Shown here: positions 42,383 through 53,170 of the stretch, one piece after another
Position numbering within the stretch: the stretch's first letter is position 1
Layout of the letters: every line of letters starts with the position of its first letter
DNA from: Limnothrix sp. BL-A-16
GTDB lineage: Bacteria > Cyanobacteriota > Cyanobacteriia > CACIAM-69d
Length of the DNA stretch: 64,000 bases
Direction of reading: 5' to 3'
Assembly (NCBI GenBank): GCA_041937175.2
Contig: CP166615.1
Span: 4,192,001 to 4,256,000 of the forward strand
Notes under the pieces: model-generated
What the model was told of the DNA's origin: nothing
Seen by the model: the letters and a program-made list of their open reading frames with translations, nothing else
Database searches by the model: none
Program-made: the position numbers and the translations under genes

Positions 42383-42814
42383 GTGTTGAAATCAGTTTTG
42401 GTGGCCCTGGATCGATCGGCATTATCCGAGTCAGAAATTGCCATGCTGCGATCGTTCAATTTGAACGAGCAGTGCAAAGTGATTTTGGTGCATGTGATTC
42501 CGCCCAGCAGCACCGATTTGGATCAGCCGCTCGATCGCCCCCAAGGGACTGCACCGGATTTGTATCGCGAGATTGAAACCCAACTGACGGCCTACCAAAA
42601 GCGCCTACCCTGTCCCAGCACCATTGAAATCATCAGTGGCGAACCCGCTGCGGAAATTGTCCGCTTGGCCAATATCCATCGTACCGACTTAATCATCATT
42701 GGCAGCCGGGGCCTCAGCGGCATCGATCGAATTTTGCAAGGTTCCGTCAGCAGTGATGTGCTGGAACAAGCGCCCTGTTCGGTGTTGGTGGTGAAGGCCA
42801 AAACTGCCACTTAA
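42383..42814 (+). CDS. universal stress protein
   Basis: VLVALD, GEPAAEI, IIGSRGLSG...GSVS...APCSVLVV. Confidence 0.92.
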   Translation: MLKSVLVALDRSALSESEIAMLRSFNLNEQCKVILVHVIPPSSTDLDQPLDRPQGTAPDLYREIETQLTAYQKRLPCPSTIEIISGEPAAEIVRLANIHRTDLIIIGSRGLSGIDRILQGSVSSDVLEQAPCSVLVVKAKTAT

Positions 42815-42927
42815 GTTGCGCCCGATCGCGCTGGAACTTGCCAGGGCGATCGCCCGTTTTTAGGTTCGCCTGTTTTTGGGTGTTGCCCGTTTTCAGTTTT
42901 CCATCGCCTATCCCCGTTTTTTCCCGC

Positions 42928-45300
42928 ATGTCTGCGTTTCTTGCCCAACTGAACCCCGCCCAGCGCCGCGCCGTTGAACATTACCAGGGGCCCCTATTGG
43001 TGGTGGCAGGGGCTGGGTCGGGCAAAACCCGCGCCCTCACCTTCCGGATTGCCCACCTGATTCAACACCACCGCGTGGATCCGGATCAGATTTTGGCCGT
43101 GACCTTCACCAACAAGGCCGCACGGGAAATGAAGGAGCGGATTGAAACCCTCTTTGCCCAACAGGAGGCCCGATCGCGCTTTGGCAAGCCCTTTGACCTG
43201 TTGCGGCCCGAGGAGCAAACGCGCCTGAAATCGCAGGTCTATAAAGACACCATCAAGCACCTGTGGATCGGCACTTTTCACGCCCTCTGTGCTCGAATTC
43301 TGCGGTTTGATCTGGAAAAATTTCAACATCCCAAAGGCTATCGTTGGACTAAGAATTTCACGATCTTTGATGAATCCGATGTCCAAAGCCTGATTAAGCA
43401 AATTGTTACTAAAGATCTCAATCTGGACGATAAAAAATTTCAGCCCAGACAGGTGCGCTTTGCCATTAGCAATGCTAAAAATCAGGGTCTGTCGCCGGAA
43501 GAAGTGGAACGCAACGACCCCACTTTTCGCGGTCGGACGATCGCCACGGTTTATGATCGCTACCAAGCGGCTTTGGCGGCCAACAATGCCTTAGATTTTG
43601 ATGATCTGATTGGATTACCGGTGCAGCTTTTTCAGCAAAATGAATCGGTTTTGGGCTATTGGCACAGCCGATTCCGCCATATTCTCGTGGATGAATATCA
43701 AGATACTAACCGCACCCAATACGACCTGATTCGGCTGCTGGTAACCAATGGGGAATCTTCCGAGAGCTTTGACCAGTGGAACCATCGATCGATCTTTGTG
43801 GTGGGTGATGCGGATCAGTCTATTTATTCGTTTCGAGCGGCAGACTTCACAATTCTGCTAGATTTTCAGGATGATTTTGGCGATCGACTGCCCGATGACG
43901 ACACGCGGACGATGGTGAAGTTGGAGGAAAACTATCGATCCCGCGAAAACATTTTGCAGGTGGCCAACGAACTCATTGAACGCAACACAGAACGCATTGA
44001 TAAAGTATTGCGGCCCACACGCGGGGCCGGCGACCCGATCGCGGTCTATGAATCAGACCACGAAATGGATGAAGCGGAGTATGTGGTTCAAAAAATCCGC
44101 AAGCTGGAGCAACAAAACCCCGAATTAAATTGGGGCAGCTTTGCTATTTTGTATCGCACCAATGCCCAATCTCGTCCCTTTGAAGATGTGTTGTTGCGGT
44201 TGGGAATTCCTTACACCATGGTGGGGGGATTACGGTTCTATGACCGCAAGGAAATTAAGGACACCTTAGCCTATTTGCGCCTGCTCACCAATCCCAACGA
44301 TAGTATTAGCCTGAAGCGGGTGATTAATGTGCCCAAGCGCGGGGTGGGCAAGACCACGCTCGATCGCCTAGAGAATGCGGCCGATCAGTTGGGCGTGCCG
44401 CTTTGGGAAATTCTGAGTGATGAAACGTCGGTGAAAACCCTGGCCGGACGCACGGCTAAGCCCTTGTTGGAGTTTGTGCAAATGATCCAAACCTGGCAAG
44501 GCCAGGTGGATCAACAACCCGCCGCCACAATTTTGGATGGCATTCTTCAGGGATCGGGCTACGTGCGGGAATTGCAAGCGGAGGGCACGGATGAAGCGAG
44601 CGATCGCCTGGCTAACTTGGCGGAATTGGCCAACGCCATGACCCAATATGCGGAAGACACCAGCGACGGATCCTTGACGAACTTTCTGGAAAATGCGGCG
44701 CTGGCTTCGGATTTGGATGATTTGAAGGAGGGCAAAAACGCCGTTTCCCTGATGACACTCCATGCGGCCAAGGGGCTGGAATTTCCGGTGGTGTTTTTGG
44801 TGGGGCTGGAACAGGGACTGTTTCCCAACTTCCGTTCCATGGACGATCCCCGATCGCTCGAAGAAGAGCGCCGCCTTTGCTATGTGGGCATTACCCGCGC
44901 CCAGGAGCAGTTGTTCTTAACCCATGCCCAGGAGCGGCGGCTTTGGGGAGGAATGCGCGAGCCTTCGGTTCCTTCGGTGTTTTTGGGTGAGCTGCCGCCG
45001 GAGCACTTAATTGCCGAGGGGCGGAGCAATCGCCGATCGGGGCCCACGGCCTTGGCGGGATCGGCCAATCGGCGATCGGCTGCGGCCCGACCCACCCCCA
45101 AACCCAATCCGCGCCCGACCAAAACCACGCCGCCCCAGGCTTGGGAAGTGGGCGATCGGGTGATTCACGACACCTTTGGCGAGGGTAAGGTGATACATGT
45201 GTTTGAAAACGGGCGCAAGGTCACCATTTCAGTGCGATTTCCCGGCTTGGGTCAAAAAATCTTTGATCCCAACCTGGCTCCTCTCCAGCGTTTGGATTAG
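42928..45300 (+). CDS. pcrA: ATP-dependent DNA helicase PcrA/UvrD
   Basis: AGAGSGKT, VDEYQD, GDADQSIY, ENYRS, TLHAAKGLEF, EERRLCYVGITRA. Confidence 0.96.
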   Translation: MSAFLAQLNPAQRRAVEHYQGPLLVVAGAGSGKTRALTFRIAHLIQHHRVDPDQILAVTFTNKAAREMKERIETLFAQQEARSRFGKPFDLLRPEEQTRLKSQVYKDTIKHLWIGTFHALCARILRFDLEKFQHPKGYRWTKNFTIFDESDVQSLIKQIVTKDLNLDDKKFQPRQVRFAISNAKNQGLSPEEVERNDPTFRGRTIATVYDRYQAALAANNALDFDDLIGLPVQLFQQNESVLGYWHSRFRHILVDEYQDTNRTQYDLIRLLVTNGESSESFDQWNHRSIFVVGDADQSIYSFRAADFTILLDFQDDFGDRLPDDDTRTMVKLEENYRSRENILQVANELIERNTERIDKVLRPTRGAGDPIAVYESDHEMDEAEYVVQKIRKLEQQNPELNWGSFAILYRTNAQSRPFEDVLLRLGIPYTMVGGLRFYDRKEIKDTLAYLRLLTNPNDSISLKRVINVPKRGVGKTTLDRLENAADQLGVPLWEILSDETSVKTLAGRTAKPLLEFVQMIQTWQGQVDQQPAATILDGILQGSGYVRELQAEGTDEASDRLANLAELANAMTQYAEDTSDGSLTNFLENAALASDLDDLKEGKNAVSLMTLHAAKGLEFPVVFLVGLEQGLFPNFRSMDDPRSLEEERRLCYVGITRAQEQLFLTHAQERRLWGGMREPSVPSVFLGELPPEHLIAEGRSNRRSGPTALAGSANRRSAAARPTPKPNPRPTKTTPPQAWEVGDRVIHDTFGEGKVIHVFENGRKVTISVRFPGLGQKIFDPNLAPLQRLD

Positions 45301-45516
45301 GCCACTGCCCGATCGTCAGTGCCGGAGTTTTTCTGGGGCGATCGACCCAGGGAGGGATCCCCGAAAAATAGCGAAAACCGGTTGATTAATCCTTAGGAAA
45401 ACTCGCTGGAAACCCCGCAAGCGCCTGATCGCCCATTGGGCCGTGCGCGATCGCCCAAATCGGCTAAGATGGCATCAACTAAACGTAACGTCGCTCTAAC
45501 TTAAGGACAATACTGG

Positions 45517-46404
45517 GTGATTGACTTCGGACGAGTCATGACCGCGATGATCGTGCCGTTTGCCCAAGATGGCAGCGTTAACTACACGATCGTCGAGCAA
45601 CTGACGCGCAATCTCGTGGCGCACGGAACCGACACACTGGTGGTGTGCGGCACGACCGGTGAATCGCCAACCTTAACCTGGGACGAAGAATACGAACTGT
45701 TTCGCATCGTTAAGCAAGCGGCGGGCAGTGCCAAGGTGATGGCCGGCACGGGATCCAACTCAACCCGCGAGGCGATCGCCGCCACCGAAAAGGCCGCGAA
45801 GCTCGGTCTGGACGGTTCGTTGCAAGTGGTTCCCTACTACAACAAGCCGCCCCAAGAGGGACTCGCCGCCCACTTCCGGGCGATCGCCGCCGCCGTGCCC
45901 GAGTTCCCCCTGATGCTGTACAACATTCCGGGACGCACGGGCCAAAACCTGCTGCCGGAAACGGTGGCCCAACTGGCGGAACTGCCAAATATTGTGGCGA
46001 TCAAAGAAGCCAGCGGTAACCTTGACCAAGTGAGCGCCGTCCGTCGTCTGACTCCGCCCACCTTCAAGATCTATTCTGGAGACGATTCCCTGACCTTGCC
46101 GATGTTGGCGGTGGGGGCCTCGGGGGTGGTCAGCGTGGCCAGCCATCTCGTGGGCGATCGGATTCAAAGCATGATTCGCGCCTTTGAAGCGGGCCAGGTC
46201 AACGACGCATTGACAGAACATTTGGCTTTGTTACCCTTGTTTAGAGCCTTGTTCTTGACCACGAATCCAATTCCCGTCAAAGCCGCGCTAGAACTGTTAG
46301 GCTGGGAAGTGGGGGAACCGCGCCTGCCGTTGATCCCTTGCCCGGATCCTGTTCGCCAAGCCCTGAAACAGGCAATGGCGGAGTTAGACCTGCTGCCACA
46401 GTGA
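45517..46404 (+). CDS. dapA: 4-hydroxy-tetrahydrodipicolinate synthase
   Basis: GTTGES, PYYNKP, YNIPGRT, IKEASG, NPIPVK. Confidence 0.97.
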   Translation: MIDFGRVMTAMIVPFAQDGSVNYTIVEQLTRNLVAHGTDTLVVCGTTGESPTLTWDEEYELFRIVKQAAGSAKVMAGTGSNSTREAIAATEKAAKLGLDGSLQVVPYYNKPPQEGLAAHFRAIAAAVPEFPLMLYNIPGRTGQNLLPETVAQLAELPNIVAIKEASGNLDQVSAVRRLTPPTFKIYSGDDSLTLPMLAVGASGVVSVASHLVGDRIQSMIRAFEAGQVNDALTEHLALLPLFRALFLTTNPIPVKAALELLGWEVGEPRLPLIPCPDPVRQALKQAMAELDLLPQ

Positions 46405-47921
46405 ACTAGCAACAGTCGCTGACAACCAACGGGCGATCGATCGGTGATTGCTGGGTAACTGATGGACAATCAGCGAGCGATGAACCAAATGCGCGATCGA
46501 CCCTTTCTTGATCGCCCCACGCCAACAGGCGAAGGACAGCCCTAGGGCGATTACTGCACAAGCTATTGGGTCAAAGATTGAGCAAAATACTAGGTAGAAA
46601 GTACTGAGTAGAATGTTAATCAACGACTTTTAACTTTGCTCAGAACCAGCAATATCAGTTCAAAAAATTGCAAGTTTGTTGCCTCGATGAAGCTTTAAGT
46701 TGGTTTCAAATCGTTGATCGTTGAGTCACGGACTCTTGGATAAAATAAACCGCCCGATCGCTCAAGCCATTAACTCACCATCATCCCGATCGAGTGACAT
46801 AGCATTAAGTCATCCAAATTAAGTCATCCAAATTCCAAAACTTGGATTAGACTGAGAGCAAATTGGCACTGCCCAGCCCTTCAAGATTCGAGGGCGGCTT
46901 AAAATTAAAGCACCAGATTCCGGATTAACTAAAAGCTCTGACTAAAAATTTTGAATCAGCAGTTTGTTAAAGCAACTCAGTGCAACCGGTTCATAAAACA
47001 GTTCCATTAAAAAAATCCACTAAGCGGCTCAACTAAAATCTCGCTCACAACCCATTGCAAATCCCAATTAACCCATTCAACAAGCCCATTGCCGTTAACC
47101 ATGTTAAAAAACGCCCGATCGCTCAGCATGACTCAATCATCGTTTTCTCAACAACCTGTGAAATCTGCAAAATTTTCAACGGCTCATTGCGAGCAGGGAG
47201 CTGCAAGCTGATCATGAATCCGGAATATCTGACAGTGGCTTGTTTAATAAGAATGGGAGTCCCCGCATTTGATTGCTCTTAGAACTGCTGAGGGGTTCGA
47301 TTTTTTGAACAATCTTTTGAGCGCTCTAAATAATCCTCATTTGGAATCCTCATTTGGAATTCCCATTTGGAATCCCGATTTTGAGAGCAACCATTGTGTT
47401 GAATTTAGGTTGATTGGCGGTGGCGAATTGGATCGATCGAACGGATCCACCGACCGATCTTGAAACAAGTTTTTTCCCCAGATGGTTACCCCTTGATGCA
47501 ATTCATGAGTTTGGTGAATGTGTTGAACCTAGAAGATTCGGCACAGCATTTCACAGGATTTTGCACAGCAGATTTGCACAGCAGAATTTTGTACAGCAGG
47601 ACTTTGCGCCGCTTTTCAGAAAGCGTCTTCTTGAAGAACTTTTGAAAAACCTTCAAGAAGGTTCTGCCAGCTTCGGGCCCCAATCCCGACCCAAGTTTCC
47701 CGCAGCAGCAACCCACCGCCGATCGTGTGATTCGGCTGGGGACGACGGGTTGATTGAGACAACCAGCTCAATCGTTTAACAGGCTGAGTACCGCCCATCA
47801 CTAACCATCAAAAATCAGGTTCGCTCCTTTCCCAATGAGAGGACATGACGGTACTCCCCCATTCGTTGCTAATAGTCTGGTGACCGATTTCAACGCTAAA
47901 TAGTGAAATTTTTGGAGGCAA

Positions 47922-50174
47922 ATGACTCAAGTTAGAAAGCGAATTCGTCAGCAAGCAGATTCCGAATCTTCCGTGGCTAACGGTGGCGAGCTGGCCAGCG
48001 AGTTGGCCCGTGGAATGAATCCCGAAATTTCCGCAACCCCGATCGCCCCTGGAAGTAAAAACGTGGCAGCAAAAGACGTGAAAGATAGCTCCCGTGATGA
48101 TGTTCGGCGCTCTGCTCCTGGCGTAATTCGCAAGCGAAATTCCAACTCCCAAGCCACCCCCAAGAAATTGTTGCAAGCAGATCATGCTGCGACCTTTGAT
48201 CAATCGTTTGCTCAATCAACCGATCGTACCTTTTCCCCCTCTATCCCTATGAGTCAAAACCTCGTGACCGCTCCCCCCAGAACTAACTTTTCGGCCGCTC
48301 AACCTTCGACCCAATTCATCAGCAACGGCAAGCCCGGAACGCTGAAAATTATTCCTCTGGGTGGCTTGCATGAAATTGGTAAAAACACCTGCATCTTCGA
48401 ATATGAAGATGAAATCATGATGCTGGATGCGGGGCTGGCTTTCCCCACCGATGGAATGCACGGCATTCAAATTGTGCTGCCGGATATGACTTATCTACGG
48501 GACAATCGCGAAAAAATTAAGGGCATGATTGTCACCCACGGTCACGAAGACCACATTGGCGGCATTGCCTTCCACCTGAAGCAAGTGGATATTCCGGTGA
48601 TCTATGGGCCGCGTCTGGCGATGGCGCTGCTGTCGGACAAATTGGAAGAAGCCGGCGTGAGCGATCGCACGGAAATTCGCACCGTGGGCCCGCGCGAATT
48701 TGTGCGAGTGGGAACCAAGTTTCTGGTGGAATTTATCCGCAATACCCACTCGATGGCCGACAGTTTTTCGGTGGCGATTCACACACCACTGGGTGTGGTG
48801 ATTCACACGGGTGACTTCAAGTTTGATCACACGCCCGTTGATGGTGAATATTTCGATCTTCAGCGGTTGGCGGAATACGGTGAAAAGGGCGTTTTGTGCC
48901 TGATCAGTGATTCAACCAACGCGGAAATTCCCGGTTTCACCCCTTCGGAAAAGTCGGTTTATCCGAATTTGGAACGGGCCTTTGCAAAAGCACCGGGTCG
49001 CCTGTTGGTGACGACGTTTGCGTCATCGGTGCACCGGGTGAACATGATTTTGGACATTGCCCACAAGCAAGGGCGGGTGGTGTCGGTGCTGGGTCGATCG
49101 ATGCTGAACACGATCGCCCATGCGCGCAACTTGGGCTACGTGAAATGCCCGGATGATCTGTTTGTGCCGATTCATGAGCTGCAAAATTACCCCGATCACA
49201 AGGTGGTGATTTTGACCACCGGTTCCCAGGGCGAGCCGCTGTCGGCCCTGACGCGAATTTCCAAGGGCGAACATCGCCAAATCAAGATTCGCAATGGCGA
49301 TACGGTGGTGCTGTCGGCGAATCCGATTCCCGGCAACACGATCGCGGTGGTGAACACGATCGACCGGCTGATGATGCTGGGGGCGAATGTGGTCTATGGG
49401 CGCGACAAGGGGATTCACGTTTCCGGTCACGGCTCCCAGGAAGATCACAAGCTGATGATTAGCCTGACGCGGCCCAAGTTCTTTATGCCGGTGCATGGTG
49501 AGCACCGGATGTTGGTGAAGCACGCGGAAATTGCCCAAAGCTTGGGCATTCCGGCGGACAACATGGTGATCATCGAAAATGGTGATGTGGTGGAACTGAC
49601 CCAGGATTCGATCAAGATTGGCGATCGGGTTCCTTCGGGGATTGAGCTGGTGGATGCGTCTCGATCGGGTGTGGTGAGCGATCGGGCCCTGCGCGAACGG
49701 CAACAGTTGGCCAACGAAGGCCTGGTGACCGTTGCCGCTAGCATCTACAGCACGGGTCAGTTGGCCTGCGATCCCCAGGTGCATATGAGCGGTGTGGTCA
49801 GCAGCATTGACCCATCCAAGCTCGCAGGAGCGATCGGGGCAACCTTGAAAAACTTTCTCAGCAACCGATTTGAGCGTTTTGTCACCAATCCGGCTCGCCG
49901 CAGCGATGACGATATCGATTGGGGCGGACTGAAGGTGGAACTGGAGCGCGAATTCCAGCGGCTGTTGCGTCGCGACTTTGTGGGCACGCCTCAAGTGGTG
50001 GTGTTGGTGCAGCCGATCGCGGCTCCGATTTCTGTGCGGCGCGATCGCCCGGCTCCGGCCGCCCCGACGGGCAACGCTGCCGTTGCCGCTGCCGCCGACT
50101 CGATCGCCTCTGAGTCTCCCGCCACGCCTTCGGGTCGCCGCCGCCGCCGCACGGCTGCCAGTGTTGCCTCCTAA
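47922..50174 (+). CDS. rnj: ribonuclease J (alternative start at 48249)
   Basis: PLGGLHEIGKN, THGHEDHIG, HTGDFK, GSQGEP, HVSGH, PVHGE. Confidence 0.96.
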   Translation: MTQVRKRIRQQADSESSVANGGELASELARGMNPEISATPIAPGSKNVAAKDVKDSSRDDVRRSAPGVIRKRNSNSQATPKKLLQADHAATFDQSFAQSTDRTFSPSIPMSQNLVTAPPRTNFSAAQPSTQFISNGKPGTLKIIPLGGLHEIGKNTCIFEYEDEIMMLDAGLAFPTDGMHGIQIVLPDMTYLRDNREKIKGMIVTHGHEDHIGGIAFHLKQVDIPVIYGPRLAMALLSDKLEEAGVSDRTEIRTVGPREFVRVGTKFLVEFIRNTHSMADSFSVAIHTPLGVVIHTGDFKFDHTPVDGEYFDLQRLAEYGEKGVLCLISDSTNAEIPGFTPSEKSVYPNLERAFAKAPGRLLVTTFASSVHRVNMILDIAHKQGRVVSVLGRSMLNTIAHARNLGYVKCPDDLFVPIHELQNYPDHKVVILTTGSQGEPLSALTRISKGEHRQIKIRNGDTVVLSANPIPGNTIAVVNTIDRLMMLGANVVYGRDKGIHVSGHGSQEDHKLMISLTRPKFFMPVHGEHRMLVKHAEIAQSLGIPADNMVIIENGDVVELTQDSIKIGDRVPSGIELVDASRSGVVSDRALRERQQLANEGLVTVAASIYSTGQLACDPQVHMSGVVSSIDPSKLAGAIGATLKNFLSNRFERFVTNPARRSDDDIDWGGLKVELEREFQRLLRRDFVGTPQVVVLVQPIAAPISVRRDRPAPAAPTGNAAVAAAADSIASESPATPSGRRRRRTAASVAS

Positions 50175-50451
50175 GGCCAACACCTGAAATCCGCTGATCG
50201 ATTGGAACTTATCGATTGAAACTTGTTGAAAGTTGTTGATCGATCGCGGCAATTTCTAACTTTCTAACTTCTAGTAGCACAGTAAGCTTCAGTGGCTGAG
50301 TTCAGAAATCGTCCAATTCTTAATCAATCTTGGTTGAGAAATGAGATGATCCAGCCCCCGAAGATTGCTGTGCTACTGCATTGTTGAATCTGTTATAAAC
50401 CTGTGTCAGTACCCCAAAGCACTCCTCAAATATCCTCTCAGGGACTTCCAT

Positions 50452-51072
50452 TTAAGGGGCTTGGCCAGTCACGCAGAACGTTAAAATTCCGAGAATCCGA
50501 TCGAGCTGATTGAGGTAATACTCATCTAAATCAATTTCTAAAATTAGTCTGCTGTCGTGATCGCGTAGCCCTAAAAACTTCCAAGTGGTTCCGGTGGTCA
50601 CCACTCCATAAATCGATGGAATCGGATCATTGGCCTGCTGATTGAATCGCCAAGCTGCGACCATTTCAGCCACACATTGCCCCAAACCACTATTGATGTT
50701 TTCACGCTTGGCTTCTACCAATACGGTTACGGGTGATTTCAAGAGCAATAGTTCGGGCGATCGCGCCACTAAAAAATCGCAACGGCCGTTCAATCCACAG
50801 CTCGGATCAATATCAAAATCAATCCCAGAAAATAAGCTAATTTGCCCCGCCAGTTGTCGCCGTAGCTCCACCAAGATAGGCGCAATAATCCATTCCGATC
50901 GGGCCTTTTCCGTATTACTGGCTAGGGCCAAAGGAACATTTTCTTGCAGCAGTTCCCGCAGGCGATCGCTCGGATGAATCGGCGGCACTGGCGCAAAATG
51001 ATGAGGCCGATCGTATAGATTCAGGGAGAATTGGTCGATCGCCTGGGCCAAACTAAAGTCGCTGTATGCCAT
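50452..51072 (-). CDS. PD-(D/E)xK-like hypothetical protein
   Basis: EKARSE, GRCDFL...LVEAK...GQCVAEM, YGVVTTG..WKF. Confidence 0.7.
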   Translation of the reverse strand: MAYSDFSLAQAIDQFSLNLYDRPHHFAPVPPIHPSDRLRELLQENVPLALASNTEKARSEWIIAPILVELRRQLAGQISLFSGIDFDIDPSCGLNGRCDFLVARSPELLLLKSPVTVLVEAKRENINSGLGQCVAEMVAAWRFNQQANDPIPSIYGVVTTGTTWKFLGLRDHDSRLILEIDLDEYYLNQLDRILGILTFCVTGQAP

Positions 51073-51231
51073 AACCCGCTCTCGATCGATGAGGTATTGC
51101 CGGCCGCAAGGGACTAGCCCAATCGCTTGCGCTGCCCCCTGTTGGCTCGTTCTTCAATAGGGCATGGTCACGATCGTACAGCGCTTCCAAAGGGTTGCGA
51201 GCCACCGTTGATCGCGAGTCATCGCCATACC

Positions 51232-51891
51232 TCACAAAGTTGCGGCTTCGATCGAGTTAGCGAGCTTATCCGCAATGCCCGCAATCCAGCGCTCGTCTTG
51301 GTTGGTGTAACTGCGGGGGGCGTTGGCTCCCAAAATCAACACGCCCCGATCGCCCAAAGGCTGCACAATCACGCCCTGGGTATTTTCGGGTAAATAGTCA
51401 AACTCAATCCGGCCGGGATAAACCTTCAAATCCACAAGGTAGATCGGCTGCTGTTTATCGATCGCCCGCTGGACGATCGGCCCCGGTTTGACGATCGCTT
51501 GCGGGCCCAAAACACCGCGCCGGAGCAATGTTTGCCCCGCCGCGCGATCGCCCCGGTAAACCACCACCGATCGGGTCACCGTGTTGGTTAGCAACAGGTG
51601 GGAAGCCCAGGCCAATTCCACCTGCAACGGGCGATCGAGATCGGGCGCTAGCTCAAACCCTTCCGGCCCCGTTAGTGTCACCGCATCCGGCAACTTGGGT
51701 TGCACCCGCTGCCAGAGCAACCCGGTCAAAATCAAGAAAGCACAGGCGATCGTCCCTGCCACGTCCGATCTCGCCTGCCACTCGCTGATTTGAGGAGTCC
51801 AGAGCCGATTCACAAACAGCCCCACCCCGATCGCCATGCCCACCGCGATCGGCAAATTTTGCAGCCAACGATTGGTTTGCGATCGCGCCAT
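51232..51891 (-). CDS. CCB2/CCB4 family cytochrome b6f heme assembly protein
   Basis: QARSD, ELAWASHLLLTNT, YPGRIEFDYLP.NTQ, PRSYT. Confidence 0.85.
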   Translation of the reverse strand: MARSQTNRWLQNLPIAVGMAIGVGLFVNRLWTPQISEWQARSDVAGTIACAFLILTGLLWQRVQPKLPDAVTLTGPEGFELAPDLDRPLQVELAWASHLLLTNTVTRSVVVYRGDRAAGQTLLRRGVLGPQAIVKPGPIVQRAIDKQQPIYLVDLKVYPGRIEFDYLPENTQGVIVQPLGDRGVLILGANAPRSYTNQDERWIAGIADKLANSIEAATL

Positions 51892-51915
51892 AGCTGCCGG
51901 GGGCCCGCCGGGCCC

Positions 51916-52644
51916 CTAAACCTCGTTTGCGTCCAGGATGCGTTGGAACAGGTAACCCGTGCCCCGCGCCGTCAAGATCAGTTCCGGATTGCTGGGGTCT
52001 TCCTCCAGCTTGGCCCGCAGTCGAGAAATGTGAACATCCACCACACGGGTGTCCACATGGCGCTCGGGCGTGTAGCCCCAAACTTCCTGCAAAATTTCTG
52101 CCCGCGAGAATGGTTCGCCCGATCGCGACACCAACAGCTCCAACAGGCTAAATTCCATCCCCGTCAGCCGAATGCGCTCATCGCCCTTGTAAACCTGGCG
52201 CTTATTAGTGTCAATGCGAATGTTGGCCACCTGAATCACGCCGGAGCTGGGAATTCCGGAGGCATGGTTTTTGTCCACCCGCCGCAGCACCGAACGAATC
52301 CGAGCTTCCAACTCCTTGGGCGAAAAGGGCTTCACCACATAATCATCGGCCCCCAATTCCAGACCCGTGATTCGATCGGCCACATCGCCCAGCGCCGTGA
52401 GCATAATGATCGGAATATCCGATTCCTTGCGGAGTTCCTGGCACACGCCATAGCCATCCAGCTTTGGCATCATCACATCCAACACCACCAGATCCGGCCC
52501 CGCCTTCCGAAACACGTCCAGGGCTTCTTCGCCATCGGCAGCCGTGACCACCTCATAGCCAATCATAGACAGGCGGGTTTCTAGAATACGGCGAATGCTG
52601 GCTTCGTCGTCAACAACCAGGATTTTTTCTTTGTGACTATCCAA
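51916..52644 (-). CDS. rpaB: OmpR-family response regulator RpaB
   Basis: KEKILVVDDEASIRRILETRLSMIGY...WGYTPERHVDTRVVDVHISRLR. Confidence 0.97.
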   Translation of the reverse strand: MDSHKEKILVVDDEASIRRILETRLSMIGYEVVTAADGEEALDVFRKAGPDLVVLDVMMPKLDGYGVCQELRKESDIPIIMLTALGDVADRITGLELGADDYVVKPFSPKELEARIRSVLRRVDKNHASGIPSSGVIQVANIRIDTNKRQVYKGDERIRLTGMEFSLLELLVSRSGEPFSRAEILQEVWGYTPERHVDTRVVDVHISRLRAKLEEDPSNPELILTARGTGYLFQRILDANEV

Positions 52645-53170
52645 GGAGAGGCCTCCTCCAATGGCTTTAACTTCTGCGTGAACTTTTGCGTGTTTTTGAA
52701 TCGCTATCTTTCGGCTTTTATCGCTTTATTGTACCGAGGACATTTAAAGAGGCAATTCTAACCGCCGTTTCTCTTCCGTTTTGGAGATTATCAGTCGATC
52801 GCGGCGCAGGTTGAGGGCTGATTTCGGCAAAATGGATTGACAAATTGCCCACTCTGATGTGCGATGGGAGCGCATTTGACTCCAATTCTTTGAAGTCCGG
52901 AAGTGTAACTGATTGGGAATGCACCCTTTATTAAAAACAAGCGGGGTGTCTGTCGCCATGTTGCAACGAAATTGAAACAATTGCAGAAATTTCTTAATTT
53001 GTTGTGCTTTTGTGGATTCTTCTTCCGTGGGTTGCCATTCTAGGGATGGCCATTCCTAGAGTGGCCCTTAAAAGGCAAAGGAATTACTAGGCTGGGGGAA
53101 CTGAATTGAACCAGCGCCAAATGGGGTGAAAAACGGCCGCCAAGGGCTGGATCAAAGGGGAGACGATCGC

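Noticed and set aside
51130..51210. LEALYDRDHAL segment resembling a DUF29 N-terminus
   Set aside because: Too short, with no convincing continuation, to call a pseudogene
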